Positions 47,475-58,481 of a DNA stretch of 64,000 nucleotides are shown here, piece by piece. Made by a program: the position numbers and the translations under genes. Location of the stretch: assembly GCA_031556405.1 (NCBI GenBank), contig JAVBTC010000032.1, positions 2,433 through 66,432 on the forward strand, in the 5' to 3' direction. The notes below the pieces were generated by a model. That model ran no database searches, was not told where the DNA came from, and saw only the letters and a program-made list of their open reading frames with translations. This DNA comes from Rhodocyclaceae bacterium. Lineage in GTDB: Bacteria > Pseudomonadota > Gammaproteobacteria > Burkholderiales > Rhodocyclaceae. The first letter of the stretch is position 1. Each line of letters begins with the position of its first letter.

Positions 47475-48833
47475 TCAATGCGGCATGCCCGGCATGATGC
47501 CTTTCATTCCCCGCATCATTTTCGCCAGGCCTCCCTTGGCGAAGTGCTTCATCACTTTCTGCGTCTGCTCGAACTGCCGCAGGAGGCGGTTTACTTCCTG
47601 CACCTGAACGCCGGCACCGGCGGCGATGCGCCGCTTGCGGCTGGCCTTGATCAATTCCGGCCTGGCGCGCTCGGTCGGGGTCATCGAATTGATGATGCCT
47701 TCGATGCGACGCACCATCTTGTCTTCCATCCCCGCCGGAAGCTGGCCCGCAGCCTGCGCGAAGCTGGCCGGCAGTTTGTCCATGAAGGAGGACATTCCGC
47801 CCATCTTGCGCATCTGCACGATCTGTTCCTTGAAATCGTTGAAGTCGAAGCCCTTGCCGGTTTTGAGCTTCTTGGCGAATGCCAGCGCCTTTTCCTCGTC
47901 GACGCTTTTCCGCGCTTCCTCGAGCAGCGAAAGCACATCGCCCATGCCGAGAATCCGCGAGGCCATCCGCTCGGGGTGGAACGGCTCCAGGCCGTCCAGT
48001 TTTTCCCCGACACCGGCGAATTTCAGCGGTTTTCCGGTTATCTGGCGTACCGACAGCGCGGCGCCGCCGCGCGCGTCGCCGTCGAGCTTGGTAAGAATGA
48101 CGCCGGTCAAAGGCAGCGCCTCGTTGAATGCGCGGGCGGTGTTGACCGCGTCCTGCCCGAGCATGGCATCGACGACGAACAGCGTTTCGATCGGGTTCAG
48201 CGCCGCATGGAGCTCGGAAATCTCGCGCATCATCGCTTCGTCGATCGCCAGCCGCCCGGCGGTGTCGACCAGCAGCACGTCGTGATAATGGCGCTTGGCC
48301 CAGTCGCGCGCCGCCTGTGCGATGGCGACGGGCTTGTCGCTCGCCTCGGAAGGGAAAAAGTCAGCACCCGCTTGCCCGGCAACCGTTTGCAACTGGGCGA
48401 TCGCCGCTGGACGATAGACGTCGCAACTGACCACCAGGACTTTCTTTTTCTGCTTTTCTTTAAGAAATTTTGTCAGCTTGCCGACCGTCGTCGTCTTACC
48501 CGCGCCCTGCAGCCCCGCCATCAGAATCACCGCCGGCGGCTGTGTCGCCAGGTTCAGACCGTCATGGACTTCGCCCATCACGCGCGTCAGTTCGCGGTGT
48601 ACCACGCCGATCAGTGCCTGGCCGGGCGAGAGCGAACCGATGACTTCCTCGCCGACCGCTTTTTCCTTTACCGCGGCGATGAAATCCTTGACCACAGGTA
48701 ACGCGACATCGGCTTCGAGCAGCGCCAGCCGCACTTCGCGCAAGGCGTCCGCGATATTGCTTTCGGTCAGGCGCGCTTCGCCCTTGAGTGTTTTCACGAC
48801 GCGCGCCAGGCGCTGGGTCAGGTTGTCGAGCAT
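47475..48833 (-). CDS. ffh: Signal recognition particle protein
   Basis: N and G domains (GLQGAGKTTT, DTAGR, TKLDGD) and a Met-rich M domain ending ..MMRGMKGIMPGMPH. Confidence 0.96.
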   Translation of the reverse strand: MLDNLTQRLARVVKTLKGEARLTESNIADALREVRLALLEADVALPVVKDFIAAVKEKAVGEEVIGSLSPGQALIGVVHRELTRVMGEVHDGLNLATQPPAVILMAGLQGAGKTTTVGKLTKFLKEKQKKKVLVVSCDVYRPAAIAQLQTVAGQAGADFFPSEASDKPVAIAQAARDWAKRHYHDVLLVDTAGRLAIDEAMMREISELHAALNPIETLFVVDAMLGQDAVNTARAFNEALPLTGVILTKLDGDARGGAALSVRQITGKPLKFAGVGEKLDGLEPFHPERMASRILGMGDVLSLLEEARKSVDEEKALAFAKKLKTGKGFDFNDFKEQIVQMRKMGGMSSFMDKLPASFAQAAGQLPAGMEDKMVRRIEGIINSMTPTERARPELIKASRKRRIAAGAGVQVQEVNRLLRQFEQTQKVMKHFAKGGLAKMMRGMKGIMPGMPH

Positions 48834-48888
48834 AGGTTTTCCCGCTTGATGATAGACTTACTGAATATTAGGTATTCTACTGTACCTC

Positions 48889-49731
48889 ATGCCTCCCACT
48901 TCTCCCTTTTCCGTTATCCCCCATATTCTGGCGGCAGTTCTGTACGCCTTTCTCGCTTTTCATTTTTGGCGTACCCGCTGGCGCGAATCGGATCAGCCGG
49001 TGGCGGCGCCGATGCTCGTGTGGGAACGCGGCGTGCTCGGCATCGCGCTGGCGTTGCATGGCATTGGTCTTTATTTCGGTCTGTTCGGCAATGTCGGGGA
49101 AATGCGTTTCTCGTTCGCGCTGGCGCTTTCGTTGATGCTCTGGCTGGCGGTTTTCATTTACTGGCTGGAAAGTTTCCGTTCGCACATGGAAGGACTGCAG
49201 CCGATGGTATTGCCGCTTGCCGCCTGTTGCGCGGCATTGCCGGCGGTGTTTCCGCAGGTACGCACCATTACCCACGCCGGAACCTGGGGCTTCAAATTAC
49301 ATTTTCTTGCCGCGATGCTCGCATACAGCCTGTTTACGCTATCGGCACTGCACGCAATTTTTATGGCATACACCGAGCGCAAGCTGCATCAGCGCGTGTT
49401 TACCAAGGGCCTCGCCAGCCTGCCGCCGTTGCTGGCGATGGAAAACCTGCTTTTCCGCATGATTTTCGTGGCTTTTCTCTTCCTCACCGGAACGCTTGCT
49501 AGCGGGGTTTTTTATTCCGAAGAGCTCTACAGCAAGGCATTCATTTTCGACCACAAAACTCTTTTTGCTTTCGCTTCCTGGGGTATTTTCGCGGTCCTGC
49601 TGGTCGGGCGTCATGCCCGCGGTTGGCGCGGACGCACCGCGCTGCGCTGGACCATGACCGGATTCATGATGCTTCTCCTGGCTTACGTGGGAAGCCGTTT
49701 TGTTGCCGAAGCGATTCTTGGCCGCACCTGA
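48889..49731 (+). CDS. Cytochrome c assembly family inner membrane protein (YpjD/CcsA-like)
   Basis: Polytopic membrane protein divergent from ffh, which I recall is the E. coli ffh/ypjD arrangement. Confidence 0.7.
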   Translation: MPPTSPFSVIPHILAAVLYAFLAFHFWRTRWRESDQPVAAPMLVWERGVLGIALALHGIGLYFGLFGNVGEMRFSFALALSLMLWLAVFIYWLESFRSHMEGLQPMVLPLAACCAALPAVFPQVRTITHAGTWGFKLHFLAAMLAYSLFTLSALHAIFMAYTERKLHQRVFTKGLASLPPLLAMENLLFRMIFVAFLFLTGTLASGVFYSEELYSKAFIFDHKTLFAFASWGIFAVLLVGRHARGWRGRTALRWTMTGFMMLLLAYVGSRFVAEAILGRT

Positions 49732-49734
49732 ACG

Positions 49735-50901
49735 ATGGCATCGGATACCGTGCCGCTGTTTTTCGCCGTCGGCAGCGTGTTGCTGTTAGTCGTTGCGGGC
49801 CTGGGGTCGCTGGCCGCAGCCGCGGTGGACAATCTGCGCCGCCATCGTCTGCGTCACTTGCTGCGCGGTGAAAAATACCGTGGCTTGCGGCGGGTGCTGC
49901 TGGAGCAATCGGAAAGGTGGCAGCGTTTCGTTTCCCGTTTCTGGCTGACCTTTATTACCGCCGCTGCGGTTTTCTTTGCCATTGCCGCGGTAGCGGGTTT
50001 CGGCCGGGAGCATCCCGGCGCCGTACTTCTCGCAGCCATTTTCCCCTTATTCGTTCTGATCGAAATCGTGTGCAGGGAATTTGGTGCACGTTATGCTCAC
50101 CGTATTGTGGCGACACTGATTCCGGTCCTGGCGGCCGGTACCGGATTTTTCGCCGCACGGCGGAATGCGATGAACACGGTTTCTGCGGAAAGAGTTGTTT
50201 TCGAACCGTCCGTTTTCAGGGCATCCGACCTGGAAAATATTTGTGTCGAAGACGTCATGACGCCGCGAGCGGCTATCGAAGCAATCGATCTGGAGGTGTC
50301 CTGGGGCGATGTTCGTGCCCGCCTGGTCAATGGCTACCATTCCTATGTGCCGGTGTATCGCGACGATCTGGGCAATCTCGCCGGAATCCTGTATTTGCAA
50401 CGCGTCGTCGCGCCCGCCCTGCGCGGAGATCTGTCGTTGGAGACACTGACGGGGCTTTTGCAAACGCCTTATTTCGTCCCGGCCAATACCGATCTCTTGT
50501 CTCAGCTTCACTTTTTCCGGGAAAACCACCAGCATCTGGGACTGGTTGTCGATGAATACGGGGAAATTCTCGGACTGGTCACTCCCGAAGACATCGTCGC
50601 GGAAATTTCCCGGATCGCCGCGACTTCGCCGACGAAGGTTGGAAAGGGGAAGAGTGGCTGGAATGACGACGGTACAGCACTGATCGACGGCAGCAGAACC
50701 CTGCGTGAGATCAACCGGGAATTTGGCCTCGACTTTCCGCTTGACGGGCCAAAAACGCTGAACGGACTCATCCTCGAACATTTTCAGGATATTCCGGAAG
50801 CGGGAATCAGCCTGAAAATCGGGCATATTGCTGTCGAAATCGTGCAGACTCAGGACAAAAGCGTGAAAATTGCTCGTGTTGTCCGCCCTCGCGACGGATG
50901 A
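49735..50901 (+). CDS. CNNM/DUF21-CBS-CorC_HlyC family transporter protein (CorB/YfjD-like)
   Basis: N-terminal TM region, a CBS pair (..VEDVMTPR.., ..HLGLVVDEYGEILGLVTPEDIV..), and a C-terminal transporter-associated domain (..IDGSRTLREINREFG..). Confidence 0.75.
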   Translation: MASDTVPLFFAVGSVLLLVVAGLGSLAAAAVDNLRRHRLRHLLRGEKYRGLRRVLLEQSERWQRFVSRFWLTFITAAAVFFAIAAVAGFGREHPGAVLLAAIFPLFVLIEIVCREFGARYAHRIVATLIPVLAAGTGFFAARRNAMNTVSAERVVFEPSVFRASDLENICVEDVMTPRAAIEAIDLEVSWGDVRARLVNGYHSYVPVYRDDLGNLAGILYLQRVVAPALRGDLSLETLTGLLQTPYFVPANTDLLSQLHFFRENHQHLGLVVDEYGEILGLVTPEDIVAEISRIAATSPTKVGKGKSGWNDDGTALIDGSRTLREINREFGLDFPLDGPKTLNGLILEHFQDIPEAGISLKIGHIAVEIVQTQDKSVKIARVVRPRDG

Positions 50902-51110
50902 ATACTCCATTTTTCACAAAGTCGGTGCATCATTTCCGCTTGACGTTCTTTTCCTCCTTTCCATTCGTCTTTACAAAGATACCGGTGCGTTGCATTATTA
51001 TTGAATCTAAGCAAAGCGATTAGGTTGATTGCATTTTCTCCGTTATTTTGGTTCTACCTCTTTTTCACCCGCACCGTGCCCATAAGCCCCTAAGTTAATG
51101 ATATAGCATA

Positions 51111-52823
51111 ATGGAAGAAACTGATCAAACAACGCATATTTCGGGACTGGCACGCGCGCTGGTGCAGGCAGGGTTGTTCAAGGAAGCCGAAATCGGCGCT
51201 TTGCTCACCCTGGCGGCCAATAACAATACCAGTTTCATTACCCAGTTGCTGCAGACGAAAAAAATGACGGCGCTGGAAGTGGCCCGTTTCGCCGCGAAAT
51301 CCTTTTTTTGTCCGCTTCTGGATCTCGACGCTTACGATGAGTCCTATCTGCCGGTCAAAGTTGTCGACCGCAGAATCATCGCCACGCACAAGATCGTTCC
51401 CCTGTATCAGCGCGGCAATCGTCTCTCGATCGCCATTTCCGACCCGACCAACCAGCGGGCGCTCGATGAAGTCCGGTTTCAGACCGGCTTGGCCGTCGAT
51501 CCAGTGGTCGTGGAAGAGCCCAAATTGCTGCCGCTGGTCACGAAATATTCGGCGGGTGCCGAGGATGCGCTCAAAGGATTGGCCGACGACGAGCTCAACC
51601 TCGAATTTCTTTCGGACGAAGGCGCCTCGGGAGAAGAGGGCGGCGATGTGGACGATGCGCCGATCGTCAAATTCGTTCACAAGATGCTGATCGACGCGAT
51701 CAACGACGGAGCGTCCGATATCCATTTCGAACCCTATGAAAAATTCTATCGGATCCGTTTCCGCACCGACGGCATTCTTCACGAGGTGACGAACGTACCG
51801 TTGACGTTGAAGGAAAAAATCGCCTCCCGCCTGAAGGTTGTCTCGAAACTCAACATCGCGGAAAAACGGGTCCCCCAGGATGGGCGGATGAAACTGGCGC
51901 TGTCGAAGAGCCGCGCCATCGATTTCCGCGTAAGCACACTGCCGACATTGCACGGCGAGAAAATCGTGCTGCGGATTCTTGATCCGACTTCGGCGACCCT
52001 GGGCATCGAAGCCCTCGGGTACGAACCCGAACAGAAAGCGTTGTTGCTCGATGCCATTAAACGCCCTTACGGCATGGTACTGGTGACCGGCCCGACCGGT
52101 TCCGGGAAGACAGTTTCGCTTTATACCTGCCTCAATATTCTCAACGCCCCGGGGGTCAATATTTCGACAGCGGAGGATCCGGCGGAAATCAATCTCGCCG
52201 GAATCAACCAGGTCAACGTCGACGACCGTGCCGGGCTCACGTTCGCCTCGGCGCTCCGGGCCTTTCTACGGCAGGATCCGGACATCATCATGGTGGGGGA
52301 AATCCGCGACCTGGAAACGGCGGAAATCGCGATCAAGGCGGCGCAGACCGGCCACATGGTGCTTTCGACGCTGCATACCAACGACGCGCCGCAGACGTTG
52401 ACGCGTCTTATGAACATGGGTGTGCCGACGTTCAATATTGCTTCCAGCATTCTCCTGATCACGGCACAGCGCCTGGCGCGGCGTTTGTGTTCCTGCAAGG
52501 TGCCGATGGAAGTGCCGACGGAATCGCTGTTCAACGCGGGGTTTACCGAAGAGGATCTCGACGAACCATGGACGCTGTACGGCCCCAACCCGGAAGGGTG
52601 CGATGTCTGCAAAGGTTCGGGTTACAAGGGACGGCTCGGTATTTACCAGGTGATGCCGGTCTCGGAGGAAATTCAGCGTATCATTATGGCAAACGGTACA
52701 GCTCTGGATATTTCGGAGCAGGCAGTACGCGAAGGGGTCAAGGATCTGAGACTGTCAGGTTTGCTCAAGGTCAAACAAGGATTGACTTCTCTGGAAGAAG
52801 TATTGTCTACCACCAACCAATAA
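51111..52823 (+). CDS. pilB: Type IV-A pilus assembly ATPase
   Basis: GSPII_E N-terminal domain, Walker A GPTGSGKT, Asp/His boxes, tetracysteine motif (CSC..C..C..CKGSGYKGR). Confidence 0.93.
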   Translation: MEETDQTTHISGLARALVQAGLFKEAEIGALLTLAANNNTSFITQLLQTKKMTALEVARFAAKSFFCPLLDLDAYDESYLPVKVVDRRIIATHKIVPLYQRGNRLSIAISDPTNQRALDEVRFQTGLAVDPVVVEEPKLLPLVTKYSAGAEDALKGLADDELNLEFLSDEGASGEEGGDVDDAPIVKFVHKMLIDAINDGASDIHFEPYEKFYRIRFRTDGILHEVTNVPLTLKEKIASRLKVVSKLNIAEKRVPQDGRMKLALSKSRAIDFRVSTLPTLHGEKIVLRILDPTSATLGIEALGYEPEQKALLLDAIKRPYGMVLVTGPTGSGKTVSLYTCLNILNAPGVNISTAEDPAEINLAGINQVNVDDRAGLTFASALRAFLRQDPDIIMVGEIRDLETAEIAIKAAQTGHMVLSTLHTNDAPQTLTRLMNMGVPTFNIASSILLITAQRLARRLCSCKVPMEVPTESLFNAGFTEEDLDEPWTLYGPNPEGCDVCKGSGYKGRLGIYQVMPVSEEIQRIIMANGTALDISEQAVREGVKDLRLSGLLKVKQGLTSLEEVLSTTNQ

Positions 52824-52847
52824 AACTCATTCGACGACGGGGGCGTA

Positions 52848-54104
52848 ATGGCGACTCAGGCACGAACCACCACGACAAGGAAACCGGCGAGAAGGATTTC
52901 TCCTGTAAACAAGGATCAGCTTTACCTTTGGGAAGGCAAGGGTAAAGACGGGAAAATCATTCGCGGCGAATTGCGTGCGCAAAGCGAGGCGCTGGTCAAT
53001 ACGACACTGCGCCGGCAGGGGATTGCCGTTCGCAAGGTCACCCGGCAAAAACTGAAACGCGGCGGCAAGATCAAGGAGAAGGACATCACGTACTTCACCC
53101 GCCAACTGGCGACGATGATGAGAGCAGGGGTGCCGTTGCTGCAATCTTTCGATATCGTCGGGCGCGGACACGCAAACCCGGCGGTTGCCAGGTTGCTGCT
53201 GGAAATCAAGGCCGATGTCGAGACCGGGACATCGCTGTCGCAGGCATTTCGCAAGCATCCGCTGTATTTCGATGCGTTGTACTGCAACCTGGTCAGTGCC
53301 GGTGAACAGGCAGGTATTCTCGACACTCTGCTGGAGCGGCTGGCGACATACAAGGAAAAAATCCTGGCCCTGAAAAGCCAGATCAAGAAGGCGATGTTCT
53401 ATCCGATTGCCGTCATCATCGTGGCGACCATCGTGACCATCATCATCATGCTGTTCGTCATCCCGGTGTTCAAACAGGTGTTTTCCAGTTTTGGCGCCGA
53501 TCTGCCGGCATTGACGCTGGCGGTGATCAGCATGTCCGATTTCCTCGTTGCCCACTGGTGGTGGATGATTCCGCTCGCGATCGCCGCCATCTTCGGGTTT
53601 TTCTTCGCATGGAGGCGCTCGGAGAAAATGCAGATCGTGATGGATCGCTTCTTCCTGCGCGTGCCCATCTTCGGTCCGCTGATCCGAAAATCCGTCATCG
53701 CTCGCTGGAGCCGGACGCTTGCGACGATGTTCGCCGCCGGGGTTCCACTTGTCGAATCGCTCGAATCGGTGGGCGGGGCTGCCGGAAACTACGTTTATAA
53801 ATCCGGTACGCAACAGATTCAGAACGAGGTCAGTACCGGTACCAGCCTTACCGTCGCGATGCAGAATACCGATCTGTTCCCCAATATGGTGGTGCAGATG
53901 GTTTCGATCGGGGAGGAAACCGGCGCGCTCGATTCGATGCTGTCCAAGGTCGCCGATTTCTTCGAACAGGAAGTCGAGGATACCGTCGCTGCCCTGTCGA
54001 GCCTGCTCGAGCCGTTGATCATGGTGTTCCTCGGGGTTGTCATCGGCACCATCGTGATTGCGATGTACTTGCCGATCTTCAAGCTGGGTTCGGTCGTGGG
54101 TTAA
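52848..54104 (+). CDS. pilC: Type IV pilus platform protein (GspF family)
   Basis: Two T2SSF repeats and three TM segments; it follows pilB directly. Confidence 0.9.
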   Translation: MATQARTTTTRKPARRISPVNKDQLYLWEGKGKDGKIIRGELRAQSEALVNTTLRRQGIAVRKVTRQKLKRGGKIKEKDITYFTRQLATMMRAGVPLLQSFDIVGRGHANPAVARLLLEIKADVETGTSLSQAFRKHPLYFDALYCNLVSAGEQAGILDTLLERLATYKEKILALKSQIKKAMFYPIAVIIVATIVTIIIMLFVIPVFKQVFSSFGADLPALTLAVISMSDFLVAHWWWMIPLAIAAIFGFFFAWRRSEKMQIVMDRFFLRVPIFGPLIRKSVIARWSRTLATMFAAGVPLVESLESVGGAAGNYVYKSGTQQIQNEVSTGTSLTVAMQNTDLFPNMVVQMVSIGEETGALDSMLSKVADFFEQEVEDTVAALSSLLEPLIMVFLGVVIGTIVIAMYLPIFKLGSVVG

Positions 54105-54139
54105 GCCCGGTCTCGCACGGCTTCCGCATTTTCGTTCTC

Positions 54140-54994
54140 ATGCTTGATCTGCTCGCCTATCCGCCGCTGTTTGCAGCGGCGGCCCTGGTGTTGGGGCTGC
54201 TTGTCGGCAGTTTCCTCAATGTCGTCATTCATCGCCTGCCGCTCATGATGGAACACGAGTGGCGGAACCAATGCGCCGAAATGCGCGACGAACCGCTTGA
54301 GGAAACGACGCTGACGCTGGCGAAACCGCGCTCGCGTTGTCCCGTGTGCGGACATTCGATTACCGCGCTGGAAAATATTCCCGTTTTCAGCTGGCTATTC
54401 CTGCGTGGGCGCTGTTCCGCCTGCCGTGCACCGATCTCCATGCGTTATCCGCTGATTGAAACCATCACCGGAGTGCTGACCGCGTTTGTCGCATGGCATT
54501 TCGGATTCGGGTGGCAGGCGCTGGGCGCGTTTTTCTTGTTGTGGTCGCTGATCGCGCTGACGGGGATCGATTTCGACACGCAATTTCTGCCCGATTCGAT
54601 CACGTTGCCGTTGTTGTGGCTGGGATTGTGCTTCAACCTGTTTTCCGTCTATACCTCGCTCGAATCGGCCGTGATCGGCGCTGTCGCGGGTTATCTCATT
54701 CTCTGGTCGGTATATTGGGCATTCAAGCTGATCATGAAAAAAGAGGGGATGGGGTATGGCGATTTCAAGCTGTTGGCGGCGCTGGGAGCGTGGCTGGGCT
54801 GGAAAATGCTGCCTTTCATCATTTTGTGCTCTTCTTTTGTCGGTGCCGTCGTTGGTATTTCGCTCATCGTCTTCGCCCGGCACGGGCGCAACGTACCGAT
54901 CCCGTTCGGCCCATACCTCGCAGCGGCGGGATTTATCGCCCTGATCTGGGGAGAGTCACTGACACGGGCGTATTTTTCGACATTACAGGGGTGA
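54140..54994 (+). CDS. pilD: Prepilin peptidase / N-methyltransferase (A24 family)
   Basis: N-terminal CxxC..CxxC methyltransferase region and catalytic Asp contexts, including GMGYGDFKLLAALGAWLG. Confidence 0.9.
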   Translation: MLDLLAYPPLFAAAALVLGLLVGSFLNVVIHRLPLMMEHEWRNQCAEMRDEPLEETTLTLAKPRSRCPVCGHSITALENIPVFSWLFLRGRCSACRAPISMRYPLIETITGVLTAFVAWHFGFGWQALGAFFLLWSLIALTGIDFDTQFLPDSITLPLLWLGLCFNLFSVYTSLESAVIGAVAGYLILWSVYWAFKLIMKKEGMGYGDFKLLAALGAWLGWKMLPFIILCSSFVGAVVGISLIVFARHGRNVPIPFGPYLAAAGFIALIWGESLTRAYFSTLQG

Positions 54995-55260
54995 GTGTTC
55001 CCGCCCGGGGCTTCCGGGAATTGCCCGGTACTTGTTGAAAAACGTTCCCGGCATCCCAGTTTTCCCAACTCCACGTTTCCACTTCCGGATAACGGAGTTG
55101 CAGCGGATACCGTTCCGCTATCAGTCATAGCGGGTTACGCAAGAATCCGTACTCTGCCGCTTTTGCATTGCCGCATTGCCTGTACTATCTGCGGCCTGTC
55201 TTTGCGTCTGAATTCTTGCGTGAACCTCTATATAATTCACTGTTTTTGGAGCGTTTTTTT

Positions 55261-55536
55261 ATGCCAATTTACGAATACCGGTGCGATTCCTGCGGGTTCG
55301 AGCAGGAGCACCTGCAAAAACTGAGCGATCCTGTTCTGACCACATGCCCGCATTGTCATGCGGACGCTTATATCAAGAAAATTTCCGCGGCAGGGTTCAA
55401 ATTGAAGGGCAGCGGCTGGTACGCGACCGATTTCAAGGGTGGCGGCGCCTCGTCCGCAACGAAAGGCGAGAAAAGCGATTCGCCTGCTTCCCCGCCGCCC
55501 TGCCAGGGCGGGCACGGCGCCTGTTCGTGTTGTTGA
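55261..55536 (+). CDS. FmdB-family zinc-ribbon putative regulatory protein
   Basis: MPIYEYRCDSCGFEQE...CPHC... is the characteristic CxxC..CxxC N-terminus. ATG at 55261. Confidence 0.75.
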   Translation: MPIYEYRCDSCGFEQEHLQKLSDPVLTTCPHCHADAYIKKISAAGFKLKGSGWYATDFKGGGASSATKGEKSDSPASPPPCQGGHGACSCC

Positions 55537-55561
55537 GCGGACCAGACCTTAACTACCGCCG

Positions 55562-56170
55562 ATGCGTCGTTACTTCATTACCGGTCTTTTGATCTGGGTG
55601 CCGCTGGCGATCACCGTCTGGGTGTTGTCGCTGGTGGTCGGCCTGATGGACCAATCCTTGCGTTTGTTGCCGTCGGCGCTGCATCCGAAGAATCTGTTCG
55701 GTTTCGATATCCCGGGCGTCGGCACGGTACTGACGCTGCTGATGGTATTCCTGACCGGCATATTTACCGCCAACCTGATCGGGCAGCGGCTGGTGGTCTG
55801 GTGGGAGCGGCTGCTGGCACGGATTCCGGTCGTCAATTCGATTTACAACAGCGTCAAGCAGGTTTCCGACACGCTGTTTTCGCAAAACGGACAGGCGTTC
55901 CGCAAGGCGCTCCTGGTGCAGTATCCGCGCCAGGGATTGTGGACGATCGCCTTCCTGACGGGGAAACCGGGCGGGGGCGTTGCCAAACATCTGCCGGAAG
56001 AGCACGTGAGCATTTATGTGCCCACGACGCCGAACCCGACCTCCGGGTTCTTTCTGATGCTGCCCAGGAGCGAAGTGATCGAGCTCGACATCAGCGTCGA
56101 CGAAGCATTGAAATACATCATTTCCATGGGGGTGGTCACGCCTCCGGAACGTCATTCCAAAATCACCTAA
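55562..56170 (+). CDS. DUF502 domain membrane protein
   Basis: Two N-terminal TM helices and the conserved ..IP.VNSIY..VKQV.. block. I recall FmdB-DUF502-aspS as a conserved arrangement. Confidence 0.7.
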   Translation: MRRYFITGLLIWVPLAITVWVLSLVVGLMDQSLRLLPSALHPKNLFGFDIPGVGTVLTLLMVFLTGIFTANLIGQRLVVWWERLLARIPVVNSIYNSVKQVSDTLFSQNGQAFRKALLVQYPRQGLWTIAFLTGKPGGGVAKHLPEEHVSIYVPTTPNPTSGFFLMLPRSEVIELDISVDEALKYIISMGVVTPPERHSKIT

Positions 56171-56191
56171 GAATTTCTTCAGATAAATATC

Positions 56192-57970
56192 ATGCGTACT
56201 CATTACTGCGGCCAGCTCAATTCTCAACATATCGGTCAGGAAATCTCGCTTTGCGGCTGGGCGCACCGGCGGCGCGACCACGGCGGCGTGATTTTCATCG
56301 ACCTGCGCGACCGCGAGGGCATGGCCCAGATCGTTTGCGATCCGGATGTTCCGGAAATGTTCGCGATCGCCGAATCGGTGCGCAACGAATTCTGTCTGCG
56401 GATCACCGGCAAGGTGCGCGCGCGCCCCGAAGGCACGGTGAATCCCAACCTTCCCTCCGGCGAGATCGAAGTGCTGTGCCACGAAATCGAGGTGCTCAAT
56501 GCCGCGCAGACGCCGCCGTTCCAACTCGAAGACCAGAACCTGTCCGAAACGGTGCGGCTCACGCATCGCGTCATCGATCTGCGCCGCCCGCAGATGCAGC
56601 ACAACATGATCCTGCGCTACAAGGTGGCGCGGGCGTTCCGCCGCTTCCTCGACGATCACGGCTTTCTCGACATCGAAACGCCGATGCTCACCAAGAGCAC
56701 GCCGGAAGGCGCGCGCGACTATCTCGTGCCGTCGCGCGTGCATGCCGGCGCCTTCTTCGCGCTGCCGCAATCGCCGCAACTGTTCAAACAGCTTCTGATG
56801 GTCGCGGGATTCGACCGCTATTACCAGATCGTCAAATGTTTCCGTGACGAGGATCTGCGCGCCGACCGCCAGCCGGAATTCACGCAGGTCGATATCGAAA
56901 CCTCGTTCATGGGCGAGATGGAAATCACCGCGCTGATCGAAGAATTGATCCGTTACGTATTCAAGGAAAGCATCGATGTCGAACTGCCGAATCCGTTTCC
57001 GCGGCTTTCTTACGCCGAGGCAATGCGCCGTTACGGTTCCGACAAGCCAGACCTGCGCGTCACGCTCGAGCTCACCGATGTCACCGATGCGGTGAAGGAC
57101 GTTGCCTTCAAGGTGTTCAGCGGCGTTGCCAACGCCGCCGACGGCCGTGTCGCGGCGCTGCGCATTCCCGGCGGCGGCGCGCTCACGCGCGGCGAGATCG
57201 ACGCCTATACCCAGTTCGTCGGCATCTACGGCGCCAAGGGGCTAGCCTACATCAAGGTCAACGACATCGGACAGCTCAACGAAACCGGGCTGCAATCGCC
57301 GATCGTCAAGAACCTGCACGAGGCCGCGCTGAAGGCCATCGTCGAACGCACCGGGGCGCAGAACGGCGACCTGATTTTCTTCGGCGCCGACAAGAACAAG
57401 ATCGTTGCCGATGCGCTCGGCGCGTTGCGCGTCAAGATCGGGCATGAGAAAGGGTTCCTCACCGGAGCGGCCTGGACGCCGGTGTGGGTCGTCGACTTTC
57501 CGATGTTCGAATACGATGCCGACGCCAAGCGCTGGGTCGCCTGCCACCACCCCTTCACCAGCCCCAAGGACGAACATCTGGAACTGCTTTCCAGCGATCC
57601 GGGCAAATGCCTGGCGAAGGCCTACGATCTGGCGCTGAACGGCTGGGAAATCGGCGGCGGCTCGGTGCGGATCCACCGCGCCGACATTCAGCAGCAGGTT
57701 TTCGAGGCGCTCGCCATCGGTGAGGAAGAGGCGCGCGCGAAATTCGGCTTCCTGCTCGATGCGCTGCGCTATGGCGCGCCGCCGCACGGCGGGCTGGCAT
57801 TCGGGCTGGACCGCATCGTGACGATGATGACCGGTGCCGAATCGATCCGCGACGTCATCGCCTTCCCGAAGACGCAACGCGCCCAGTGTCTGCTGACTGA
57901 TGCGCCGTCCATGGTCGACGCGAAGCAGTTGCGCGAGTTGCACATCCGGCTGGACCGGAAAAGCGAGTGA
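56192..57970 (+). CDS. aspS: Aspartate--tRNA ligase
   Basis: 592 aa. OB-fold N-terminus (MRTHYCG.L.....G..V.L.GWV), class II motifs 1-3 (..[16 protein letters not shown].., ..GGGSVRIH.., ..GLAFGLDR..), and a GAD insertion. Confidence 0.96.
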   Translation: MRTHYCGQLNSQHIGQEISLCGWAHRRRDHGGVIFIDLRDREGMAQIVCDPDVPEMFAIAESVRNEFCLRITGKVRARPEGTVNPNLPSGEIEVLCHEIEVLNAAQTPPFQLEDQNLSETVRLTHRVIDLRRPQMQHNMILRYKVARAFRRFLDDHGFLDIETPMLTKSTPEGARDYLVPSRVHAGAFFALPQSPQLFKQLLMVAGFDRYYQIVKCFRDEDLRADRQPEFTQVDIETSFMGEMEITALIEELIRYVFKESIDVELPNPFPRLSYAEAMRRYGSDKPDLRVTLELTDVTDAVKDVAFKVFSGVANAADGRVAALRIPGGGALTRGEIDAYTQFVGIYGAKGLAYIKVNDIGQLNETGLQSPIVKNLHEAALKAIVERTGAQNGDLIFFGADKNKIVADALGALRVKIGHEKGFLTGAAWTPVWVVDFPMFEYDADAKRWVACHHPFTSPKDEHLELLSSDPGKCLAKAYDLALNGWEIGGGSVRIHRADIQQQVFEALAIGEEEARAKFGFLLDALRYGAPPHGGLAFGLDRIVTMMTGAESIRDVIAFPKTQRAQCLLTDAPSMVDAKQLRELHIRLDRKSE

Positions 57971-58013
57971 ACGTGGTAGGCAATGCTGATCAGCCTATTA
58001 TTCTAAATGAGAA

Positions 58014-58406
58014 ATGATGAATGGTCTAGCGGAGCCACCTCTGTACTTTCGGATCGCGCAAGTTGCCGTATCGCTGCAATTGATTGCCTTCACCGTGTTT
58101 TCGTTTCGTGGTGGCGCGGGTGGGATATTTCTTATAGTCAACTTTTTTGCATTGCTCGGATTGTGGCTTCGTGTGGCATGGGGACGCTTTTTGTGTTCTT
58201 GTGCCATTATTTTTTACGCCGTTGTCGTTGTTGCCCATTTGTTACCCGATATTGATGACCAGGGGACAAGTTTGCTGGAAGGGTGGTTCGGGACGATACC
58301 GCCCCTTTGGTTGTCTCTGCCCATTATATTGAGGAGCGTAGTGGTCATGCTGATCCCTCTGGTGTTGCTGGGCTGGTATCGAGATGGTTTTGAAAAACGC
58401 TGGTAG
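58014..58406 (+). CDS. Hypothetical small membrane protein in a low-GC block
   Basis: 130-aa ORF with about four hydrophobic segments and low GC. No family recognised. Confidence 0.4.
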   Translation: MMNGLAEPPLYFRIAQVAVSLQLIAFTVFSFRGGAGGIFLIVNFFALLGLWLRVAWGRFLCSCAIIFYAVVVVAHLLPDIDDQGTSLLEGWFGTIPPLWLSLPIILRSVVVMLIPLVLLGWYRDGFEKRW

Positions 58407-58481
58407 TAAAGCGTTGCGTGCCCCACGTCCTGAACTGGATAGAAAGAACAAATAACGATACGAGAGCAGGAGGAGATGGGG